A stretch of DNA of 64,000 bases, taken from sequence record OP079919.1; one strand, given 5' to 3'. The notes beneath the pieces are model-generated. The model did not search any database, was not told the origin of the DNA, and saw nothing but the letters and a program-made list of their open reading frames with translations. The number at the start of each line of letters is the position of its first letter. Within the stretch, counting starts at the first letter, position 1. The position numbers and the translations under genes are program-made. This document shows positions 8,737-18,554 of the stretch, in pieces.

Positions 8737-9102
8737 ATGCCCGAGATTGTAACCGCTTTTAGTGCTTGGGAATCGAAGTTCGTTTCCAGTTTAAATGAAA
8801 TGGAAAATTTTCTGAAGACTCCACCCGAACACACCAAAATCGAATCGACGATCAAAGGGACTAAACACGGTGTTTGGATTACGTTACTTTATTTCAAAGA
8901 CCGGGACGTTGTTCTAGGGAGAAGTTTCTCTATCACCAAGTGCCCTATCTACGTTGCGAATAACGTCGTGAGAACCAAACTGATTCGTCATATCGCCGAC
9001 CGTGGATTAGAGTCAATTGTTTCGATGACTCGGTGGGGTGGTATCTTAGGAATGAGTTCCGCCACCACCATTCGATGTTTTAAAGAAACTAAAGCACAAT
9101 AA
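8737..9102 (+). CDS. Hypothetical protein, possible C-terminal HTH; likely paralog of 8049
   Basis: AAGGA SD before ATG 8737; SMTRWGGILGMSSATTIRCF. Confidence 0.55.
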   Translation: MPEIVTAFSAWESKFVSSLNEMENFLKTPPEHTKIESTIKGTKHGVWITLLYFKDRDVVLGRSFSITKCPIYVANNVVRTKLIRHIADRGLESIVSMTRWGGILGMSSATTIRCFKETKAQ

Positions 9103-9133
9103 CCTTTCAATACCTTTATTTAGGAAAAATATC

Positions 9134-9661
9134 ATGGCCAAACATTTTGCAGAAGATTTTAAATTAATGTTAGATCTTCACCAGCGCGTACCAGTTGAAG
9201 TACTCAGGGCCTCAGACCAGGTTAAAGCCGCAGTTAAGGTTATCGTAGACACTGTGTCTAAAATCAACGAAGCTCACCCTAGCAAACTCTTACAATCAGG
9301 GTTTGTTATCACGGGATCTCATATTGCAAAAAATACTGATTTTGTTATTGAGCAAACCGAACTTAAGTTGGCATTATCAGAAATAGTGAGTTCTTCTTGT
9401 TACCGTGTAAAGATTGATCTGGTGAACACGAAAAATGACCGTCCTTCCTCGGCGGACCACCACATCTTATCCGAAGCTATTTTACTAGCTTTGGATATTT
9501 ATGCGGTCTCCCCCTCTGGGGTTAGAGTGAATGATAAACCTAAACCCAGCCTGTGTTTAGCAAATCATTTACAAGAAAGTTTTAAAATGTATTCTTGCGA
9601 AGCTTTCGTTAATATCAACCCCTACGCGATAGACATCCTCTTCCCTATCGTTTCATTATAA
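9134..9661 (+). CDS. Hypothetical protein
   Basis: TTTAGGA...ATCATG start. Confidence 0.75.
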   Translation: MAKHFAEDFKLMLDLHQRVPVEVLRASDQVKAAVKVIVDTVSKINEAHPSKLLQSGFVITGSHIAKNTDFVIEQTELKLALSEIVSSSCYRVKIDLVNTKNDRPSSADHHILSEAILLALDIYAVSPSGVRVNDKPKPSLCLANHLQESFKMYSCEAFVNINPYAIDILFPIVSL

Positions 9662-9692
9662 TCAAAAATCTCCGTACCCTACCTAAATAAGG

Positions 9693-10046
9693 ATGAAGAA
9701 AATGAGTACATTTCTGTTAGTTGTATCCGGCTGGTTCGCTCTGTCTATTATCTGTGTCGCTGGCTACTCCTTCGTAAGAGAGGGGTGGAAAAAAGAAGAT
9801 CTCTCTTGGTCGGAGTTTATTAAACAAAGCACGATCTGCGCTAACGTCATTAAAGACAAAGCGGCGCATAAACCTCACGATGTGACTCTGGGGGATTTCT
9901 TAAGCTCCGAAGAAGTTAAACCCTGGTTAAAAGGTTTTGACTACGACGTTGAAGAGAAAACCGATTCTTACGTTATTACGTTGAGAACCCCGGCGCACGC
10001 AAGAGATTTCCTGTTACCACGACAGTTGTTTCCTAATGCCGCATAA
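9693..10046 (+). CDS. Membrane-anchored or secreted hypothetical protein
   Basis: N-terminal hydrophobic helix. Confidence 0.7.
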   Translation: MKKMSTFLLVVSGWFALSIICVAGYSFVREGWKKEDLSWSEFIKQSTICANVIKDKAAHKPHDVTLGDFLSSEEVKPWLKGFDYDVEEKTDSYVITLRTPAHARDFLLPRQLFPNAA

Positions 10047-10049
10047 AAC

Positions 10050-10083
10050 AGTATAGTCCATCCCCTAGGGGATGGACTATACT
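10050..10083. terminator. Perfect 34-bp palindrome before the TSP array
   Basis: AGTATAGTCCATCCCCT-AGGGGATGGACTATACT; long T-tract downstream. Confidence 0.75.
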
Positions 10084-10112
10084 CAACATTTCATTTTTTT
10101 TTTCACTAACGA

Positions 10113-10120
10113 ATTTTATG
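10113..10120 (+). promoter_or_regulatory. Candidate late promoter motif ATTTTATG before TSP1
   Basis: Same octamer precedes TSP3, TSP6 and TSP9; TATG is the phiKZ late consensus. Confidence 0.4.
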
Positions 10121-10195
10121 CTTTGAAAACCGAGTATGTGGGACGCCGCATAAACGTAATCATACATGTATGCTTATTGGTGAATAGAGGACGCT

Positions 10196-12076
10196 ATGAC
10201 CACACCAACTCAACTACCGATACCCAGTAGCAATTTGCTGGATTCGAGATTTAACTTTGAGAAGTTAGACCAGATAGTAAACTCAGATGCCGATTTCTAT
10301 TTGGACCGTTTTGGCAAACAACGTCTTACCGTTTTGGGCGCCACCAATCAGCTCATCCAAAGCCTGAAAGATCAAACTGGTGCCAACAATGTAACCTACG
10401 TCAAATCCAAGGTGGATAAAGTACTGTCATCGATAGGGTATTCCCTTGACGTCATTCCAATGAATATCTTTGACAAGGCTTATTTGTGTTCGGGAACTGA
10501 CAACCCAGATCCTAATACTTGGATCTGGACCGCCGCCCTGCAGGGCGTTTTATCGGATATCGCTTCTTATAAGCTTTTTACCCTCAACGGAAATGACTAT
10601 TATACAACTTTCTCCCTACGAATACCTGGAGGGGTTTATCAGATCGACGATCTGGTTAGTTTGGGTAAGGTAGCAGGGACTGGAGGAGGAGCATCCTTTA
10701 GGACCAACATCGTTATCAACGGAGATGGAAAAAGCAGTTCGGTTCTTCGTCTTATAGGTGATGATAAACAATTGTTTAAATTCACAGAAAGCCGTTTAGT
10801 CATGAGGGATATAGGGCTTCAAACTAACGGGGCTCGTAACATAGGGATGGAATTAGGCGATCAAAATAATTGGGTCCCGATGGCCCACTCCCATCTTGAC
10901 AATGTTTCGATTACCGGATTTTGTCGCGGATTGCTAATAAGCCATTGCTTTGACAGCACGTTCGATTCTTTATTCATATCCGAGATAGCCGATACGGGTA
11001 ATGCGGTTATACCCGCTACCGGTATTGAAATTGCGCAGTTTTTAGGAAAAGATTCCTCTAACAATCCAGATAACTCTAACCAACTGACGTTTATTAACTG
11101 TGTAGTTGAGACGGCTAGGACCGATAACGCTATTTTGTTTTACGTCAACGGAATTAGTAAAAGTTATCCCCACCACGCCATCAACTTCTTAGGTGGGCAC
11201 CTGGAAACCCATAGACGGAACACGGTCTGTTATAAATTTAACAACATGGCCCTGTCAACCTTCACAGGAGTGACATTCAGTCAGAACGGCACTGATTCTA
11301 CTAACCCTGTAAACGTTGGGGTAATAACTGACTCCTGGAATATTATCTTTAATGGCGGAAGAACAGTAACCAATAATGCTAAAAACACTTACGATGATAC
11401 TTGGGATAAATTGATAACCGTAGCGGGATCTAGCATGGGGATCACGTACATGAATCATCATTTTATTACCCCATACCAGACGTATTCTTCGTATAACCGT
11501 AATGCCAACACCGTGTTCAATTTTACCGGGGCGACCGCGGGAATAAACGCCATCGATGCCGATCGCTGTAGATTGAACGACTTCACGTTCAAGCCGTTCA
11601 CCAAATCTATAGAAATAACCAGAATGGATTTGATTACTCAGCGTTTCAGGATATCCGTAAACACTTCTGGTAGTCTGGTTTTCGCGTACTCTAATGATGT
11701 TACTGGCGCCGCCGCTATGACGGATTTGGTAACCATCACCAATACAGGGAATGCGACTTTTCTTGGGTCCGTTACGGCAACTAACGTAACCGGGACGTCC
11801 GATGAGAGGTTAAAAACAGAAATAGGAGAAGTTGATCAAGTTTTAATTGATGTTGTTAAAAGTCTACGGCCTAAGAAGTATCGACTGAAAAACGACCCCC
11901 AAAACAAAATTAGAGTGGGATTCATCGCCCAAGACCTAATAGAACTTATGGATAAAGCTGGATTGGATTTCAAGAAATACAGTATTATCGCAGAGTTTAA
12001 TATTCCTGGGGATGATTCAGAAAACACGTATTATTCCTTGGACTATGATGAAATAATGTTGTTAAGATCCTTGTAG
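10196..12076 (+). CDS. Tailspike/depolymerase TSP1 with C-terminal peptidase S74 intramolecular chaperone
   Basis: Shared anchor (PTQ..IPSS..D.RFN.EKLDQIVNSD...DRFG..RLT), beta-helix-like core, TSDERLKTEI...GFIAQDL. Confidence 0.85.
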   Translation: MTTPTQLPIPSSNLLDSRFNFEKLDQIVNSDADFYLDRFGKQRLTVLGATNQLIQSLKDQTGANNVTYVKSKVDKVLSSIGYSLDVIPMNIFDKAYLCSGTDNPDPNTWIWTAALQGVLSDIASYKLFTLNGNDYYTTFSLRIPGGVYQIDDLVSLGKVAGTGGGASFRTNIVINGDGKSSSVLRLIGDDKQLFKFTESRLVMRDIGLQTNGARNIGMELGDQNNWVPMAHSHLDNVSITGFCRGLLISHCFDSTFDSLFISEIADTGNAVIPATGIEIAQFLGKDSSNNPDNSNQLTFINCVVETARTDNAILFYVNGISKSYPHHAINFLGGHLETHRRNTVCYKFNNMALSTFTGVTFSQNGTDSTNPVNVGVITDSWNIIFNGGRTVTNNAKNTYDDTWDKLITVAGSSMGITYMNHHFITPYQTYSSYNRNANTVFNFTGATAGINAIDADRCRLNDFTFKPFTKSIEITRMDLITQRFRISVNTSGSLVFAYSNDVTGAAAMTDLVTITNTGNATFLGSVTATNVTGTSDERLKTEIGEVDQVLIDVVKSLRPKKYRLKNDPQNKIRVGFIAQDLIELMDKAGLDFKKYSIIAEFNIPGDDSENTYYSLDYDEIMLLRSL

Positions 12077-12082
12077 TTTGGG

Positions 12083-12153
12083 AAATTGGGGGCGTATTTT
12101 TAACTAACGTACCATAACGTCCCCCCCCCACTCCAATTTAGTCAAACAAAGGG
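12083..12153 (+). promoter_or_regulatory. Conserved intergenic stem element, copy 1 (TSP1-TSP2)
   Basis: AATTGGGG...TTTTTAACNAACNTACCAT...CCAATT-AGTCAAANAAAGGG; contains C9. Confidence 0.6.
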
Positions 12154-12157
12154 TGTT

Positions 12158-14299
12158 ATGATGACGACTCCAACTAAGAACGACATTCCAAGCAATAATT
12201 TGTTGGATGCTCGTTTTAACTTTGAAAAGCTCGATCAGATTGTTAATAGCGACGCGAACTATTACCTTGATCGATTTGGTAAACAACGACTCACTTCGGC
12301 CGGATTGGAAGATTTAGCCAGACGATTATCTGAAGATTATGAATCCACCCTATCTAATCAGGATGGGTATAAGAAAATGGGGATGGTGTCTGATTTTACT
12401 ACTCTCAGAACTATCGCCCCAACAATGGAAGGTCAACGCATTCTGCTCAGGTCGGTTGACGCTGGTTCGAATAATGGATCGGGAGAGTTTATAGGACATT
12501 TAGGGAGCAATGGGGTTGACGACGGGGTTAATGTCGCGGTGGGATCCAACTTCTATTGGGAGAGGCTTTCGACTGATTTTGTTAAATCTTCTTCTATAGG
12601 TGATTACACTCGGATTAACTCCTTTATTTCAGCCGGAAATAAGAAGATCACTGTCGATGCCGATCTCAGCGGGTGGCTTAACGTCAAAAGTAACACCACG
12701 ATAACTTTTAACCCATTGTGTCGGCTGATACCTGATACCGATGACAAAGTCGGCATAAGTATTAGAGGAGCCGCCCCAACCTCCTATGTTAATCTAGCTA
12801 CTGATGCATTAGGGATAGATGGCTCAATTACCACCACTAATGACGTTTTTAACATTGGTGATTGGCTGGAAATTAGATCCAACAAGGTTCTTCCCGGCGC
12901 GAATTTTTATCAGGTTAAGCAATCTGTTTTACGCAAAGTGCTTCGTAAAACACAAAATGGAAATGGAACTTGGACATACCGTCTCCACAGTAGTTTAGGT
13001 TATAACTTTAACGTCAGCGACGGTGCTTCCGCTGGGGTTGCGACAGTATTGGAAAATATTGTTATCGATGGGGCTAACTTAAATAAAGACAATTTCACCA
13101 ATATCTTCACCATAGGGATAAACTGTTATTACGTTTATAACCTCACTATAAAAAATATCAACCTATTCGGAACAAAAGTAAAGGATTCTGCCTCAGACAC
13201 TCCAGGAAGATCCGGAATAAAACTGTATAATTGCGTTAACGTTAGAATCGATAATGTGAACGCCTCTTATATAGGGTGGTATGGTGTAGAGGTTATGGGA
13301 TGCAGTGAAAACGTAGATGTAAATCGTTTATACGGTGTGGATTGTCGACATACCGTTTCCATGAACTGGATCGAATCTGGCGACCTTTATGGTGGGCCTA
13401 TGTGGGTTTCGGTAAGGAACTCAGCAAGTCACGCTGCAAGATTAAGTGGGTTTGACACTCATGATCTAGGAAAGGGGATCGCATTTATTAATTGCCAGAG
13501 TTTCGATTCTGGTGATGATGGATTCCAAGTAAGGGCGATGGACACCGTTCTAATCGATTGCCATGCTGAAGGATCGACACTTGATGGCTTCGGCGGCGCT
13601 ACTGGCGCAAAGAACAGCAAATTAGTAAACTGTTCTTTCAACTACAACGTCAGATACGGAATTAATTTAGGTTATGAAGGCGGTATTGTTATCGACTGTG
13701 ACGTCGATAATAACGGTTACATGGGGATTTGTACCATCGGCGGACTCATTCAAGGAGGGTCGGTCACCAATAATTATCCGGCTGCTATCGATATAGGCGC
13801 CGGATTTAATGCCGCCCAAACCGATCTCAAAATCGATGGTGTTAGAATGCCCTCTTCGACCGCCCAGACAAAAATTTTGAGTTTTGCTGGTGACGCGGTA
13901 GCCGCTAACAACAAACCTGAGTTGGTTAGAATGGAAAATTGTTACGTTCCTGGTTACGGAAGAGATTGGGTCAGACTGGTATCGTTCACCGTCCAACCTT
14001 TACCCCCGGTGCTTAATAATAATCTACTTACTTCCAGCTTAACCTCCCCTGGAAAAATAAGCGGGCAAGTCCAATTATCTGCAGGGACAGCCACGGTGAC
14101 AACCACAGAGGTTTTCTCACAACTTGGTAGCGGTGCAAATGTTTTAAAATACTCATCGCAGATTAAGTTGAAACCTATCGCTCGTTCTGCCAATATAGGC
14201 GCTCATTATGTTTCAGCAATCAACAACGGGACGTCCTTTGTAATCAATTCAACCAATTCCTCGGATGGCTCGACCATTTATTGGGAAATAACACTTTAA
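12158..14299 (+). CDS. Tailspike/depolymerase TSP2 (pectate-lyase-like beta-helix)
   Basis: Shared anchor, TSP1/Gp66-type domain (EGQRILL..GSGEFIG..DDG..YWER), parallel beta-helix repeats. Confidence 0.85.
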   Translation: MMTTPTKNDIPSNNLLDARFNFEKLDQIVNSDANYYLDRFGKQRLTSAGLEDLARRLSEDYESTLSNQDGYKKMGMVSDFTTLRTIAPTMEGQRILLRSVDAGSNNGSGEFIGHLGSNGVDDGVNVAVGSNFYWERLSTDFVKSSSIGDYTRINSFISAGNKKITVDADLSGWLNVKSNTTITFNPLCRLIPDTDDKVGISIRGAAPTSYVNLATDALGIDGSITTTNDVFNIGDWLEIRSNKVLPGANFYQVKQSVLRKVLRKTQNGNGTWTYRLHSSLGYNFNVSDGASAGVATVLENIVIDGANLNKDNFTNIFTIGINCYYVYNLTIKNINLFGTKVKDSASDTPGRSGIKLYNCVNVRIDNVNASYIGWYGVEVMGCSENVDVNRLYGVDCRHTVSMNWIESGDLYGGPMWVSVRNSASHAARLSGFDTHDLGKGIAFINCQSFDSGDDGFQVRAMDTVLIDCHAEGSTLDGFGGATGAKNSKLVNCSFNYNVRYGINLGYEGGIVIDCDVDNNGYMGICTIGGLIQGGSVTNNYPAAIDIGAGFNAAQTDLKIDGVRMPSSTAQTKILSFAGDAVAANNKPELVRMENCYVPGYGRDWVRLVSFTVQPLPPVLNNNLLTSSLTSPGKISGQVQLSAGTATVTTTEVFSQLGSGANVLKYSSQIKLKPIARSANIGAHYVSAINNGTSFVINSTNSSDGSTIYWEITL

Positions 14300-14356
14300 C
14301 CTTTGCTGGATGGTGATTGGTCGACGCCGGTCTAAAACTAATTTGTTAGGGTCATT

Positions 14357-14392
14357 TAAAATCCAACCGGTCTTAAGACCGGTTGGATTTTA
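14357..14392. terminator. Perfect 36-bp palindrome between TSP2 and TSP3
   Basis: TAAAATCCAACCGGTCTT-AAGACCGGTTGGATTTTA. Confidence 0.75.
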
Positions 14393-14394
14393 TG
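14387..14394 (+). promoter_or_regulatory. Candidate late promoter motif before TSP3
   Basis: ATTTTATGCT. Confidence 0.4.
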
Positions 14395-14433
14395 CTTACC
14401 GATATTTCAACCTTCCTGACCCGAGGAATAGCA

Positions 14434-16665
14434 ATGACTTTACCAACGCAAAAACCTATTCCGAGTTCATCCATAACTGATCAATTATTTAATGCCGAAA
14501 AGATAGATCAGGTTGTTAACTCGGATGAACTAGAATATTCCGATCGTTTCGGAAAGAAACGATTCACCTTTTCAGGATTATACAACGTTGTACAGAATTG
14601 GATCAGCAGTTTGGGGTCAAGTTCCGGGGCGTCAGCTGTAGGTCTTAGCCAGGGCGGTACGGTTCAGGCCGGTCTCTACAACGTTGTTAATGTCGAACAA
14701 TTCGCTTATCTCAATACTTCAGATGATGATTGGGGTCCGGCTTTTAGAGGGGCCAGGGATAAAGCAATCGAGATATCTGCTCCGGTCGTTACTTTTAAAG
14801 GTCAGTACAAAATAAAAGTAAGCTCCGGTCCGACCACTCACACCCTGCCTTTCGACGACGGAACTTACGATACAAGAAGAACTGGCGAAGTTTTACTTTC
14901 TCCAGAAACCTTGAATACAATGCCTGTAGGATTGGAATGGCCTTCCGGACTCTCCCTTAAATCAGACGGGATCGGAAATAACTCAATTACTTTCGATTGG
15001 GATAATGCCACTGTTGGGCTGTCTCAGGGGATTGGTATCTGCATCAGGGTCAGAAACTGGGACGGAACTTATCTTGCTAAGGCCGGGTCAGTTAATCGCA
15101 TGAATAGCGATATAGCCAATGTGGAGTTTGATGGGTTTAGCGTAAATAATGCCTTTATCGGAATACTGGCCGACGGTATCGTGGGATCAGTCAGTTGGGG
15201 CAGTCTCCAGTTTAAGAAATGTTTCTTACCTATGACTTGGCAGGGCGCCGACAGATGCACGATTAAGAAACTGAGATTTACAGATTGTCCTACCGGATTC
15301 TCGGTAGGTGGATGGTGGCTGACCCGTAACGACATATCAGGATCCAATACCGGATTGGGGGTCCCGCCTTACATTGCAGGAACCGACGTGTACTGCATCG
15401 GATGGATGGACTTCGTTAAAATTGAATCTCTGGAGTACTCTAATAGTACTTCGTTTGACAATTCCCCGTTGTTTGCCGCGGTAGATACTTTCTTCGACAC
15501 CTATTTCTACAAAAGCGCGAACAGCGCTAGAACTGCTAGTGGTGGTCGATGCACTAATACAGGCCCTAACCTAACTAGCGCGAGTACGTTAGCGGCAGAT
15601 TCTCCGTTCTTAGGTATCGCCGGGCGCGCTCACTCACAAATGGGGCGTTACCACCGAAATCACATCTTGAATGAAATTATTTCTCTCAAGACGTGGGGAT
15701 GTTTCAGGGCATCAGTCCTTACCACTGCTAATGGAAACTCGGAGCTCAACGTCCCGGGGTGCATAGTGGGTACCGCGTACATCGAACAGGCCTGTAAGGT
15801 CACGGTTGGCGGTGACGCCACGGTGGGGGGAAGTAATGACTTCGTTACATCAGGTAAAGATGTTTGGAAAGGGACAAAAACTTATTCTAAGTATTATGCT
15901 GGTGAAGGATCCGTAATCGTTAAAGATGGATGGTCTGTTAATAGTTTGGGGTTGTTCCCGTCAGCGCGGACTGTTGCAAGAAATGATAATGGGTATAATA
16001 ACAGACTAAGAAGAACAATTGTCGACGATGGCACAGGGAAACCGGTCATACTCGAACAGCTTTCTGAAACGGTCTATGCGACCCCTCCTCAGAAATTTAT
16101 TCCTAACGCCGTGGGTTCAGTAGACGACAAATATTACTGGGTTCAACTAGAAAAGAACGTCTCTTCAAAGGCTACTATTTATTCTGGTGTTCCAACGACG
16201 GCGGCGCAAACACCTATAACCTCTCCGGCCATTAAAGTAATAATGGAACGTTTAGGTAACAGAGTTAAATTAAAAATTAATTTGGATGCGTCAAATTACG
16301 CAGCCGGCGGCAGTAATCCGGTGGTAATCGGATTTACTGGGGTCTATAAACCTATTCTTACTGCAAGTCCCGATTACGCCCTTGGGGCGTACGGTCCGGT
16401 GAGACCCATAATGGTCAGCACCAAAACATTTACAGTTACCGATTCTACTTCAGTGAGTCGGACGTTTAGGATCGAGCCGGTCGCGCATCAAGCTGGGGTA
16501 TTCACTGATGGCGGCGGGGTTAATAATTACTACTTTGTTTTGCTCACCCAGCATCATACTTCTGACACTAATAGACTGTTGTGGTCGGATTTCACCGGTT
16601 CGTTATGTCAGATAGAAATAGAATATGATACGAATGACGCTATCACTTCATCCAGCGTATTTTAA
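14434..16665 (+). CDS. Tailspike/depolymerase TSP3
   Basis: Start moved from 14383 to the ATG after GAGGA; shared anchor, DDWGPAF entry, beta-rich body. Confidence 0.8.
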   Translation: MTLPTQKPIPSSSITDQLFNAEKIDQVVNSDELEYSDRFGKKRFTFSGLYNVVQNWISSLGSSSGASAVGLSQGGTVQAGLYNVVNVEQFAYLNTSDDDWGPAFRGARDKAIEISAPVVTFKGQYKIKVSSGPTTHTLPFDDGTYDTRRTGEVLLSPETLNTMPVGLEWPSGLSLKSDGIGNNSITFDWDNATVGLSQGIGICIRVRNWDGTYLAKAGSVNRMNSDIANVEFDGFSVNNAFIGILADGIVGSVSWGSLQFKKCFLPMTWQGADRCTIKKLRFTDCPTGFSVGGWWLTRNDISGSNTGLGVPPYIAGTDVYCIGWMDFVKIESLEYSNSTSFDNSPLFAAVDTFFDTYFYKSANSARTASGGRCTNTGPNLTSASTLAADSPFLGIAGRAHSQMGRYHRNHILNEIISLKTWGCFRASVLTTANGNSELNVPGCIVGTAYIEQACKVTVGGDATVGGSNDFVTSGKDVWKGTKTYSKYYAGEGSVIVKDGWSVNSLGLFPSARTVARNDNGYNNRLRRTIVDDGTGKPVILEQLSETVYATPPQKFIPNAVGSVDDKYYWVQLEKNVSSKATIYSGVPTTAAQTPITSPAIKVIMERLGNRVKLKINLDASNYAAGGSNPVVIGFTGVYKPILTASPDYALGAYGPVRPIMVSTKTFTVTDSTSVSRTFRIEPVAHQAGVFTDGGGVNNYYFVLLTQHHTSDTNRLLWSDFTGSLCQIEIEYDTNDAITSSSVF

Positions 16666-16680
16666 CATTTAAGGTGTGAT

Positions 16681-18441
16681 ATGACGCTCCCAACTCAAAA
16701 CGCTGTTCCTAGTTCAGCTAAGAACGACCAGCTCTTTAATGCTGAAAAAATAGATCAGGTCGTCAATAGTGACGACCTCCAGTACACAGATCGCTTCGGT
16801 AAGAAGCGATTTACTTTCTCTGGTTTATACAACATAATCCAAACATGGGTTGCGAGTTTAAGTGATACCACCGGAGCAGGATCGGTCGGGATCGCGCAAG
16901 GGGGGTACATCCAGCAATCTCTTTTGGAAGTGACACCGATGATGCAAGGTGCCGTAGGAGACGGCGTCGCTGATGACTCACAGGCGTTGATCAAAACATT
17001 TACTACTGCTAAAACACTTGGATTGCGGGTTAAAATAGATCGCGCTTATCTTTGCTCCTCAGCGCTTGCCGTTTCTGGACCGCTATACTTAGAAGGAATC
17101 AACCCGGAAACAGGAAAAATTATTTTTACAAATAAAGATGACTTCGGTCTTTACATTACTCAGATCAAATCCACAGACTTCATAACCATAAAAAATATCA
17201 GCATTACGGCCGGAGCTAAAATCGTTAATCCAAAGGGCCTCCTAACCATCGACGGAAGCTCTCAATTAACAACTGATCAGTCGGCAGGCAAATACCTCTT
17301 AGCAGATAGGACAATCCGCCGCGGGCTGTTGGATAATGTTAATCTCGATTGCCTTAGTGGGAACTACGCGGTTAACTACCTTAACATTATTTCATGGATG
17401 AATTATTCCGTTAGAAACATATTGATAAGAGGGTCAAGGGACAACCTGTCGGCGCTCACTAATGGAATACTTTTAAACGGCGATGGTTTCCCCGTCGACA
17501 TCCACATGACCGACCTTTTGATGTATAACCTAGGTCGGGCTATTAACTCCGTGGATTACGTGGAAGGACTCCACATTTCAGAGTTTGAATTTGTAAACGT
17601 TTTAAGGGGGATTAGCGCCGATTACGACTCAAATTATTCCAAACTCAGCTCATCGGTATGCGGATGTTACGGACCTATGATTCACACGGGTCATGTAAAC
17701 CTGGGAACGATGACTGGCGCTGACTCATGCATTTACATTAAAAATACTGTCACTCCTCGTATCAAAGATCTTTTGCTTTTCAATAGCGCCGGCGCTGCCG
17801 TCACAAACAGTTACGGGGTTTACGTTTACGGATCAACCAGCGGTGGGGAAATATCCAGCGTTTATGTTGCGGGTGGTGGTGCCGCCAACACGAAGACCAA
17901 TAATTATTCAATTAGAGTATATGGCGCCAATGGATTAAACATCAAGGACTGTACCGGAAGCTATGCGGGAGCCGTAGTGTATCTTGAAGGGGTTTCCACT
18001 AACTGTGTCATATCAGGAAATAGTGGTATCAGCACCACTAACGTCGTTTATATTTTCAGTGCCAATAACGCCAACAATAAAATAACTTCTGATAACTCGG
18101 GAATAGGAATCACGGATAAGGTGGTCGGCGGAGATCCTAGCGGGTCTTATGTGGAACCTCTAATCTGGCAGAGGAAGTACACACTGAATTTAGCCGCGGC
18201 CAAAGATGCCGGGACGTCTTTCACTTTTAACGTCCCGATTCCCGGGGGAAATTTTGGTGTTGCTCCAGATGCCGCTTTCGCGACATTACCCTCCAATCTT
18301 ATCGGACAATTTTCATATAACCCTTCGGCCAGTTCAGCAACAAGTCTGAATGTAACCATTTATTTTATCTCGGCCGCAGCCATAGGGAGTTACGATATTT
18401 TAATTTCGGCAGCTGGTTTTGGCGTAAGCAGAACGCAATAA
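16681..18441 (+). CDS. Tailspike/depolymerase TSP4
   Basis: Shared anchor, GAVGDGVADDSQAL pectate-lyase-3-type start. Confidence 0.85.
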   Translation: MTLPTQNAVPSSAKNDQLFNAEKIDQVVNSDDLQYTDRFGKKRFTFSGLYNIIQTWVASLSDTTGAGSVGIAQGGYIQQSLLEVTPMMQGAVGDGVADDSQALIKTFTTAKTLGLRVKIDRAYLCSSALAVSGPLYLEGINPETGKIIFTNKDDFGLYITQIKSTDFITIKNISITAGAKIVNPKGLLTIDGSSQLTTDQSAGKYLLADRTIRRGLLDNVNLDCLSGNYAVNYLNIISWMNYSVRNILIRGSRDNLSALTNGILLNGDGFPVDIHMTDLLMYNLGRAINSVDYVEGLHISEFEFVNVLRGISADYDSNYSKLSSSVCGCYGPMIHTGHVNLGTMTGADSCIYIKNTVTPRIKDLLLFNSAGAAVTNSYGVYVYGSTSGGEISSVYVAGGGAANTKTNNYSIRVYGANGLNIKDCTGSYAGAVVYLEGVSTNCVISGNSGISTTNVVYIFSANNANNKITSDNSGIGITDKVVGGDPSGSYVEPLIWQRKYTLNLAAAKDAGTSFTFNVPIPGGNFGVAPDAAFATLPSNLIGQFSYNPSASSATSLNVTIYFISAAAIGSYDILISAAGFGVSRTQ

Positions 18442-18554
18442 TCTTTTAGTATTTAATAGATTGAGGGCGTGTAATCGATAATAACTGAGGGATGATGATT
18501 AAATTTATATTACGTCGACTTCATCCCAGATTGATCGTCATTTAGGAGTTTTCA

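Noticed and set aside
14383-14433. Longer ORF-track starts for TSP3 (and 6098, 8716, 22750, 24542, 31539, 33678, 33913, 45373, 52163)
   Set aside because: Downstream ATGs have proper SDs and, for the TSPs, align with the conserved anchor start
18506-18513. TATATTAC phiKZ early-promoter motif (also 52578-52585)
   Set aside because: Only two copies noticed, one before a presumed late gene, in AT-rich DNA; not distinguishable from chance
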